From a virus (lineage: Duplodnaviria > Caudoviricetes): a DNA stretch of 42,052 nt. The stretch is taken from positions 1 through 42,052 of IMG/VR virus record IMGVR_UViG_3300015370_000517; one strand, written 5' to 3'. Below the pieces are notes generated by a model that was given only the letters and a program-made list of their open reading frames with translations, ran no database searches and was not told the DNA's origin. Shown one piece after another: positions 36,444-42,052 of the stretch. Within the stretch, counting starts at the first letter, position 1. The number at the start of each line of letters is the position of its first letter. A program made the position numbers and the translations under genes.

Positions 36444-37841
36444 CAATATTTTATACAATTCAGCACTCTGCATGCGAGATGCTGGTCGCCAGTACCATGC
36501 TGCAAGTGCAAGCGCGTCACAATTGTGAACAAGAATGTTGTTTGCAAAGTACTCATTCGCATCTTCAATCTTAAGATTGTATACTCTTTCTAAGATGATG
36601 CCTTTGTGAATATTCTGCGTTTTTTCCTGATTCTTTAAGATGTCTTTTGTAGCATTCTTTTGAGCAATATTTCGAAGTTGTTCTTCTTGTTGAAAGATAT
36701 GTTTTTTTGCAGATAGTACAAATATGTCTGTCTTTTCTGTATAATTTTTCTCGCATTTTTTCATAATGTTTTTTATGCCATTCTCTTCCAATGGATGATT
36801 TGTGCCATTCCTTTGCTTTTTCTCGTGCATACTTTTTAAGGTTCTTTGCAGATTCTTTTTTTCTTTCTGGATGATTTGCATGATTTGATTGGTGTATTGA
36901 CCTTTGAATACATTCAAGATTGTCAATATTGTTGTGAAAGGTGTTTTCGTCTTTGTGGTGGATGACACATCCTTCTGGTATTTTTCCTCTATTGTCTTCC
37001 CAGATTTGACGGTGCAATGATTTTGGTGATTCCTTCCACTTGTCATGCTTCCAAAAGTATACTCGAAGCTGTCTTCTCTTTGATTGTGGATATCGGTGAT
37101 ATACCCTTCCATTATACGTGATTGTTTCTCGTTCCATATGTATGTTGTATCTGATGCATTCAAGTTTATAAATGTTACTATACCTTTTTTCGTTATAAAC
37201 GGGTGGTCTGGTGTTCCAGTTAATCCCCACCTAGTTATTACCTTTCCAGTATGATATCCACAACTAACCACTTTTTTATATCCTTTCCGTGTCAAAACCA
37301 TATCACCTGGACGAATGTCTTCTATATTGATTTGCCCTTTATTCGTCAATATTTTCGTTCCTGCTACAAAACAATAATCATCGTGACCTCTATTACTATG
37401 ATGAATCTTCATTTCTCCACTACTACCAAATTCGTATCGTAAGTCCATAAGTTGAAACAATAATTTTTTGTGATTTGGCAAGTGCAACCCGCCAGGTTTC
37501 CCTTTTGCTCGTGTTTCCAATAATCGTCGTAAATTCTGATAAATATCCTGTTTTGTTCTGACGGTGAATGTCATGCCTTCTATTTTATAGCCTAATTGTT
37601 CTTTTAATACATCTGTCGGCCCACTGCCAAGTCCTGTTTGGTCAAGAAATATTTTGTCAAACTTGAACTTGTCATCCAATGCTTTAATGCGTCCTATCGC
37701 ATCAGTAAGAAGTTTGTGTTGTGTCTCATGCACAAACTTGACATATAATTCATTTTGTAATTCTTCAATTACTATCATGACAGTACTATCCTGTCCTAAT
37801 CGTGCAAAGTCAACTCCTAATGCTATCTTTTTTTGTATCAC
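36441..37841 (-). CDS. terL: Terminase large subunit, nuclease (RNase H-like) domain only, with an intein
   Basis: LGVDFARLGQDSTV, DQTGLG, HDDY|intein|CDALALA. No ATPase domain; in-frame TAA 10 nt upstream of the GTG. Confidence 0.85.
   Translation of the reverse strand: MIQKKIALGVDFARLGQDSTVMIVIEELQNELYVKFVHETQHKLLTDAIGRIKALDDKFKFDKIFLDQTGLGSGPTDVLKEQLGYKIEGMTFTVRTKQDIYQNLRRLLETRAKGKPGGLHLPNHKKLLFQLMDLRYEFGSSGEMKIHHSNRGHDDYCFVAGTKILTNKGQINIEDIRPGDMVLTRKGYKKVVSCGYHTGKVITRWGLTGTPDHPFITKKGIVTFINLNASDTTYIWNEKQSRIMEGYITDIHNQREDSFEYTFGSMTSGRNHQNHCTVKSGKTIEEKYQKDVSSTTKTKTPFTTILTILNVFKGQYTNQIMQIIQKEKKNLQRTLKSMHEKKQRNGTNHPLEENGIKNIMKKCEKNYTEKTDIFVLSAKKHIFQQEEQLRNIAQKNATKDILKNQEKTQNIHKGIILERVYNLKIEDANEYFANNILVHNCDALALAAWYWRPASRMQSAELYKIL
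36571..37137 (-). CDS. HNH homing endonuclease nested out of frame inside the terminase intein
   Basis: LHRQIWE..GKIPEGCVIHHKDENTFHNNIDNLECI..H; C-terminal CTIC..YCSKEC zinc finger; ATG 37137. Confidence 0.85.
   Translation of the reverse strand: MERETITYNGRVYHRYPQSKRRQLRVYFWKHDKWKESPKSLHRQIWEDNRGKIPEGCVIHHKDENTFHNNIDNLECIQRSIHQSNHANHPERKKESAKNLKKYAREKAKEWHKSSIGREWHKKHYEKMREKLYRKDRHICTICKKTYLSTRRTTSKYCSKECYKRHLKESGKNAEYSQRHHLRKSIQS
37165..37180 (-). promoter_or_regulatory. Putative internal TATA-box promoter for the nested HNH gene
   Basis: TAGTAACA-TTTATAAA ending 27 nt before ATG 37137. Confidence 0.55.
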
Positions 37842-38013
37842 GATGTATTTTTAAATGCCTCCTGCATATACGACCAACAACTCGTTTATTATTTGCGTGC
37901 ACTAATAAATAAGCACATGAAGAACAAATATATTTTTTGCACTTTACACAATAACAATTATGCATAATAGAAATCGACAATTTTCGACTGCATCTATCGC
38001 ATGTGAATGTCAT
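37810..38013 (-). CDS. Small Cys-rich zinc-finger protein
   Basis: CDRC, CVKC, CSSC, CRRH. Confidence 0.55.
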   Translation of the reverse strand: MTFTCDRCSRKLSISIMHNCYCVKCKKYICSSCAYLLVHANNKRVVGRICRRHLKIHRDTKKDSIRS

Positions 38014-38020
38014 AATAAAA

Positions 38021-38084
38021 AACAGGGCAAGAATGCAGAAGTAGGTATGTGAGAGGTGATTAATACTGCATTCTTGCCCGTGTT
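38021..38084 (-). other. Intergenic stem-loop (14-bp perfect stem, 27-nt loop) followed by a T-tract
   Basis: GGGCAAGAATGCAG 38025-38038 / CTGCATTCTTGCCC 38066-38079. Confidence 0.7.
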
Positions 38085-38109
38085 CACAAGGGGGTACATT
38101 TTGTGATTA

Positions 38110-38244
38110 TTACCACAGCAACATTTCTTGTATGAATCCAATCAGGAATGTTATAAACCAGAACACTCCCATTATCCATGCTGCAATGATTGCGGTTTTT
38201 ATTGATATGCTTAATTGTTTGTATCCTATCTTTTTATCTTTCAT
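38110..38244 (-). CDS. 44-aa membrane microprotein
   Basis: AGGTGA RBS; MKDKKIGYKQLSISIKTAIIAAWIMGVFWFITFLIGFIQEMLLW. Confidence 0.6.
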   Translation of the reverse strand: MKDKKIGYKQLSISIKTAIIAAWIMGVFWFITFLIGFIQEMLLW

Positions 38245-38249
38245 GTTGT

Positions 38250-38411
38250 TCACCTTTTCATAATGTATTTACACAATCTTCGCAATTGTCCAACTCGCAC
38301 TATGATATAACTGTCAGCGTATTTTGATTGTGTTTTTATTAAATGATTTTTTGCTACTCTTTTCACATATGTAACTTCATGCTTTTCTTTGCTTAAAAGC
38401 TTTTTGTCCAT
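38250..38411 (-). CDS. 53-aa basic hypothetical protein
   Basis: Manual translation MDKKLLSKEKHEVTYVKR...LCKYIMKR; packed between neighbours. Confidence 0.45.
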   Translation of the reverse strand: MDKKLLSKEKHEVTYVKRVAKNHLIKTQSKYADSYIIVRVGQLRRLCKYIMKR

Positions 38412-38413
38412 TT

Positions 38414-38596
38414 TCACTTTCGCGTGTCCTCTATTGCTTTCATTATTATCACTTTTAGCGCGTATACGATTCCAAGACTGAAGATTACTATGGTATAGTA
38501 TACAACTCTATCAAATCCTGTTAGTTGTTCTTTTTTCATCTTTTTTTTCCTCCATATTAGCATATTCTTGTTGTTGCTGGTCTGCTGCTTGTGCAA
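38414..38596 (-). CDS. Small single-TM protein (true start probably MKKEQL)
   Basis: VVYYTIVIFSLGIVYALKVII; GGAGG before the internal ATG. Confidence 0.5.
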   Translation of the reverse strand: MHKQQTSNNKNMLIWRKKKMKKEQLTGFDRVVYYTIVIFSLGIVYALKVIIMKAIEDTRK

Positions 38597-38817
38597 TTAT
38601 ACAAATAACAAGTACAATTTTGCACATCATATTTGCTACAATTTAAGTTTTTGCTGTCCAATGCGCAGTCTGGAAGGCATTGCATTGGGTTTGAGTAGTT
38701 GATATAATTGATTGTGACTGTTTTGTTGCCGTGTTGTTCTTGCAGTGTGCATTGACATCCTGTTAGTATTATTAGTGTGATAATGCTTGTTATTATTATG
38801 ATGTGTTGCGGATTCAT
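38557..38817 (-). CDS. Cys-rich secreted protein with a lipobox-like signal
   Basis: MNPQHIIIITSIITLIILTGC; many Cys and NxT/S sequons. Confidence 0.55.
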   Translation of the reverse strand: MNPQHIIIITSIITLIILTGCQCTLQEQHGNKTVTINYINYSNPMQCLPDCALDSKNLNCSKYDVQNCTCYLYNCTSSRPATTRIC

Positions 38818-38918
38818 TTTTCGTCGTCTTTGAATAAGTGCGAGAATTTTTGTTGTTCCATATCTACGTGTGCTTGAGCACTTTCGACGATGATGCTTTT
38901 GAGTTTCTTCCAATCATT

Positions 38919-39185
38919 TTAAGAAAGTTCCTCCTCAGAAATGTTGAAGAATATTTTTATCCATCCAATAGTTCCGAAAATGTCTGCGCAATGGTCACAA
39001 TTGTGACTATTTTTACATAGTTCAGTTCTTAAGTGTCGTATCCATTTGATTGCTTCAGCACGCAAATCCTCTACCAAAACGACAGGGAGTTCTGCAACAT
39101 CTCGCTTCTCAGAATATTTTATTCTCCACAATGTTCCGGTGATTTCATCTTTCTTCAAGTTTTCAAGTGTTTTTAGTTCTGTCAT
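38919..39185 (-). CDS. Small hypothetical protein, ELKTL...LRAEAIK...FNISEE family
   Basis: GGAGGTG RBS; motifs shared with 9145-9420. Confidence 0.7.
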   Translation of the reverse strand: MTELKTLENLKKDEITGTLWRIKYSEKRDVAELPVVLVEDLRAEAIKWIRHLRTELCKNSHNCDHCADIFGTIGWIKIFFNISEEELS

Positions 39186-39304
39186 TGTAATTCCACCTCC
39201 ATTTCCAACCACTTCTTAAACAACTCGTCAGTATCTCCTCTTATCGAGTTTTGTGCGCTTCTCTTTATGATTTCGTGAACGAGCAAGAATGCTCTAACCT
39301 TCAT
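39182..39304 (-). CDS. 40-aa hypothetical protein
   Basis: MKVRAFLLVHEIIKRS...EMEVELQ; ATGA overlaps at both ends. Confidence 0.45.
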   Translation of the reverse strand: MKVRAFLLVHEIIKRSAQNSIRGDTDELFKKWLEMEVELQ

Positions 39305-39525
39305 TGTGTATCCACCATATCCATTATTTTCTCACATAGTTCGACACCAATTTTTACAGCGACTTCTTCGGAAATGGAATCATTCCAATACAATTTATCA
39401 CCATTCAGCTTTTTGAGAACACCTTCTTCGGAAAGATTTAATAGTGCTCTCAATATTATTCCCTCTTCTTCAGATATTTCGTGTAGTGAAAATGTTCGTC
39501 TTTCTGTTTTTATATTTGTTCTCAT
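39301..39525 (-). CDS. Hypothetical protein
   Basis: GAGGAGG RBS; TAATG coupling. Confidence 0.55.
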   Translation of the reverse strand: MRTNIKTERRTFSLHEISEEEGIILRALLNLSEEGVLKKLNGDKLYWNDSISEEVAVKIGVELCEKIMDMVDTQ

Positions 39526-39713
39526 TATTTTTCCTCCTCGAATATGCTCATTATCTTCTCAAGTACCATCGTATCATTGCTGTCTAAGCAGACTGTCAGG
39601 TTGTCTTTGGTCGCACACTGACTGTCAACAATGCACGTGTGATTTGTTGGTGTTGTTGGAACGCAAGCAGACAGTAAGATTGCCAAAGCCAAGATGATGA
39701 GCATAATTCTCAT
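39525..39713 (-). CDS. Small lipobox-bearing protein
   Basis: MRIMLIILALAILLSAC. Confidence 0.6.
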   Translation of the reverse strand: MRIMLIILALAILLSACVPTTPTNHTCIVDSQCATKDNLTVCLDSNDTMVLEKIMSIFEEEK

Positions 39714-39850
39714 TCTTTCCTCCTTAGCTTATCCATAGCAATGCCCACGTGTTTTGGACAGCCATACAATGCAATATTCGCATTTTCAATCCTGAAAAAG
39801 TATGCCTTTTGTAAAGCATCAGTCTCCTTATCGCAATCTTCACAACTCAT
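39710..39850 (-). CDS. 46-aa CxxC..CxxH microprotein
   Basis: MSCEDC...YGCPKH; AGGTGA RBS; coupled on both sides. Confidence 0.6.
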   Translation of the reverse strand: MSCEDCDKETDALQKAYFFRIENANIALYGCPKHVGIAMDKLRRKE

Positions 39851-40155
39851 TATTTCACCTTCACGTAAACCCCACGAGAGGCCCTAGGGTCGTAGTCGTC
39901 GAGGGCAACGAGGTCGAAGTAGTAGTCGCCGTAGCCGCGGACCACAGGGCGCCACTCAGCTTTATTCCAACTATAATTCTTTATCCAAAACCAAAAGTCC
40001 AACTTTGAAGTTCCCGCTTTTTCTTGAATGAAAGCGAGAGTGGACAAGGTAATCATCCGATAACCTTCGGGTATCATTTTTATTGCTTCATCATAACTTA
40101 AGTCTTCTTCAGTTATCTTCAAGTCCAATCCATCAAGTTTAATCGTTTTCATCAT
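39850..40155 (-). CDS. Small protein with a C-terminal DGR-like variable region (minimal CLec-like target)
   Basis: LSYDEA..PEGYRM; C-terminus RPVVRGYGDYYFDLVALDDYDPRASRGV encoded by a GC-rich NNC codon run. Confidence 0.65.
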   Translation of the reverse strand: MMKTIKLDGLDLKITEEDLSYDEAIKMIPEGYRMITLSTLAFIQEKAGTSKLDFWFWIKNYSWNKAEWRPVVRGYGDYYFDLVALDDYDPRASRGVYVKVK

Positions 40156-40733
40156 AGTCCTCCAAAAGCATCTCTTACCCTATCTTGAACGCCTTCAGCA
40201 TACCCATCATTATACCCGTTCTTATACTCGGGATGATGGATGTTACCACTGGGAAATCCGCTACTCTTCTTTTTCTCCTTTGCTTCATGTAATTTTATGA
40301 GTTGTTTGCAGCACCACCTATCACCCATACAATCATAACCAAGACTATGGCATATATCACAGTGTTCACCCATATCTCCCAAGTATCCGAATGGAAGACC
40401 GCCAGATTTCTTTTCTTTCTTCCAGACGAAGCGGCCATTGAGGTCGATGCTGTTGTAGCCGCTGAGGCCGTGATAGTAGTCGTGGCCCGCAAACGGGACA
40501 CGCCCGCCCATCTCATAAAACTTTTTCAAATCCTTAAACTCTTCAACAGTTCCTTGCCGGAATTCTCCTTCAAAAGACACGGTAGAGCTATCACACCAAA
40601 CGTTAGGAATAATCTTACTTTTCCTCAAAGTCCACACTTCTTTCAAGCTCAAAGGCAGACAATTATACTTCCGAAAACCTTTATCAAAAGCTTCTTGCAA
40701 CGTATCACCTTCAATAATATCGTACTCAATCAT
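40152..40733 (-). CDS. Protein with an internal DGR-like variable region
   Basis: GRVPFAGHDYYHGLSGYNSIDLNGRFV encoded by a GC-rich NNC codon run; GGAGG RBS. Confidence 0.6.
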   Translation of the reverse strand: MIEYDIIEGDTLQEAFDKGFRKYNCLPLSLKEVWTLRKSKIIPNVWCDSSTVSFEGEFRQGTVEEFKDLKKFYEMGGRVPFAGHDYYHGLSGYNSIDLNGRFVWKKEKKSGGLPFGYLGDMGEHCDICHSLGYDCMGDRWCCKQLIKLHEAKEKKKSSGFPSGNIHHPEYKNGYNDGYAEGVQDRVRDAFGGL

Positions 40734-40877
40734 CTTTTTCCCTCCTCCTAAGATATTTCTCAATTAATTTCTTTTCTTTGTGTACTTCCCATTTCTTCAA
40801 TAATAGAGGATAGGCGTATCTATACATTATAGCCACCGTTCCTGCTATGAGAAAATAAAATAAAAAAATTCTGGCAA

Positions 40878-41684
40878 TCATCGTTCACCACCAACCATCA
40901 TAAGCAAGTTCGAACTTTCTCCAGCCACAACAGTAGGAAGGTGACCATCCCATTTCTCAATCCATCTCTGCTGCAACGTTTCTTGTGTTATCTCCGTTTT
41001 TTGTATGCGCAAGCTTTCAGCTTCTGCTTTTGCCATTTCAATATTTTGTTGCGCTTCAGTCTTTACTCTATCTAAATCCCTTTCTGCTTTAAGTGCCATT
41101 TGTTCTGCTACTTGTTTTTGCTCTATTGCTTTATTGAACTCGTCGCTGAAATCGAAGTTTGTTATTGCGACCTCCATAACCTCTATTCCTTTGTTGGAGA
41201 GTTTTGATATGATGTAATCCGTTATCAATCCCTTCACTTCTTCTCGTCTTGTGATGATTTCTTCGGCATTGTATTTTGCTGTCTGACTTTTCACTGCTTC
41301 TTGTATGATTGGTCGTATGATTATTTCTTCATAATTCTGACCGATGTTTTTGTATGTCTCTATTGCTTTGTCGTTCAGCAGACGAAAATTCAACGTTATC
41401 TCTGTGTTCACTATCTGTAAATCTTTGCTTGCTGAACTTGCCACGTACTCAAATTTTTGTGTTCGTGTACTGAAGCTTTTCGTGCTTGTAAATGCTCCTG
41501 TCCAGTACATTCCGGGAGATAACAGTTTGTCGCTGACGACTCCGAACTTGTCCATTACTCCTACGTGTCCTGCTGGAACTGAGTCTATGCTTACTATTAA
41601 CCAAAACAGTACCAAAATAAAAACAATTATTGCCGATACTCCAAATAAACTTCCCTTCTTATTCAAACTTCTTTTCTCGTTCAT
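40878..41684 (-). CDS. SPFH/band 7 (prohibitin-like) membrane protein
   Basis: TM helix, VPAGHVGV..FG, SKDLQ, YNAEEIITRRE, FNKAIEQKQVAEQ, WIEKWDGHLP. Confidence 0.92.
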   Translation of the reverse strand: MNEKRSLNKKGSLFGVSAIIVFILVLFWLIVSIDSVPAGHVGVMDKFGVVSDKLLSPGMYWTGAFTSTKSFSTRTQKFEYVASSASKDLQIVNTEITLNFRLLNDKAIETYKNIGQNYEEIIIRPIIQEAVKSQTAKYNAEEIITRREEVKGLITDYIISKLSNKGIEVMEVAITNFDFSDEFNKAIEQKQVAEQMALKAERDLDRVKTEAQQNIEMAKAEAESLRIQKTEITQETLQQRWIEKWDGHLPTVVAGESSNLLMMVGGER

Positions 41685-42052
41685 TGTGTTTCCTCCTTCT
41701 TTTGTAATGTTTGCAAGTGTCCTGTTATCTTTGCAGCAGCAATCTTATGCCACTCATCAGGCAAAGTCTTCCCATGCTTCTTATACTCAGCAAGAATACG
41801 CTCAGCAACCCAAAGCCAATCACTATCTACTCTTTTAAACGTCTTGCTCGTCATAAAATCGTAGGTAGCCTTGTTTATACTTCTTGAATAATACACAATC
41901 TTTTGTGAGTATTCCTTTTGACTAAATATTACAACAGCACTCGCAAATGGTGCAGTGCTTTTTGAATTTCCAAATTTAATTCTTCCACGAACAAATCTTA
42001 CTTGAGACGCAAAAGGAAATATATATTCGTGCCAATAACTCCTATCTGTTGA
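41681..42052 (-). CDS. Phage-type DNA N6-adenine methyltransferase (Dam-like), C-terminal part, truncated by the window end
   Basis: The frame is open to the window end: STDRSYWHEYIF..VRFVRGRIKFG..APFASAVVIF, continuing into the 71-aa ORF of the track. Confidence 0.8.
   Translation of the reverse strand, partial: STDRSYWHEYIFPFASQVRFVRGRIKFGNSKSTAPFASAVVIFSQKEYSQKIVYYSRSINKATYDFMTSKTFKRVDSDWLWVAERILAEYKKHGKTLPDEWHKIAAAKITGHLQTLQKKEETQ

Larger units (their letters stand above)
36522..37373 (-). mobile_element. Intein (284 aa) in the terminase nuclease active-site motif
   Basis: CFVAGTKILT..IEDIRPGDMVLT..TPDHPF (blocks A/B); VYNLKIEDANEYFANNILVHN|C (blocks F/G). Confidence 0.92.

Noticed and set aside
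38814-38918. Open frame continuing after the TAA of 38919-39185 (DWKKLKSIIVES...)
   Set aside because: No start codon and a single case; not enough to claim read-through. Genes elsewhere end normally at TAA, TAG and TGA, so there is no sign of recoding.
40729-40881. Possible frameshifted small membrane gene (MIARIFLFYFLIAG... / ...WLMYRYAYPLLLKKW)
   Set aside because: Requires an indel; cannot distinguish decay from assembly error or chance
11345-41838. Plus-strand ORFs across the structural region (e.g. 34261-34905, 27643-28149, 22994-23503)
   Set aside because: Antisense shadows with low-complexity F/S/L composition
1-42052. CRISPR array, tRNA/rRNA genes, integrase or att sites, reverse transcriptase
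   Set aside because: None recognised by eye; intergenic space is minimal. A tRNAscan/Infernal run would be needed to exclude small RNAs.

Overview
The window looks like a 42 kb piece of a tailed dsDNA virus (Caudoviricetes, siphovirus-like gene order). The host is probably an archaeon, plausibly DPANN (Woese-/Pacearchaeota-like). That inference rests on repeated TTTATAAA TATA-box promoters, GGTGA/GAGGTGA ribosome-binding sites, no recognisable peptidoglycan lysin, and DGR-type variable repeats. Bases 1-10.5 kb (+) are a tightly coupled nucleotide-sugar and glycosylation cluster: SDR epimerase/reductases, an HddA-like kinase, a minimal TPP-dependent E1 alpha/beta pair, a cupin, a GDP-sugar 4,6-dehydratase, an RGP/STELLO-like protein, a radical SAM enzyme, two GT2s and a GT4. 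Bases 10.5-42 kb (-) run, in transcription order: a phage Dam-like methyltransferase, an SPFH protein, small accessory genes (two with DGR-like variable regions), a stand-alone terminase nuclease domain, a portal-gpF fusion, beta-helix/fibre genes, protease, capsid, neck and tail genes, a C1 protease with holin-like genes, and an intein-bearing metallophosphoesterase. The most striking observation is the terminase intein. Its homing endonuclease (HNH) is not in the intein frame but nested in an overlapping frame, with its own apparent TATA promoter inside the intein coding sequence. Also notable are the split terminase, three endonuclease genes that each sit at the start codon of a resident gene, a -1 frameshifted tail chaperone, a 51-bp repeated promoter/operator, and Ser-Gly-rich virion proteins next to a glycan pathway. 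All calls come from reading motifs by eye; no searches were run.
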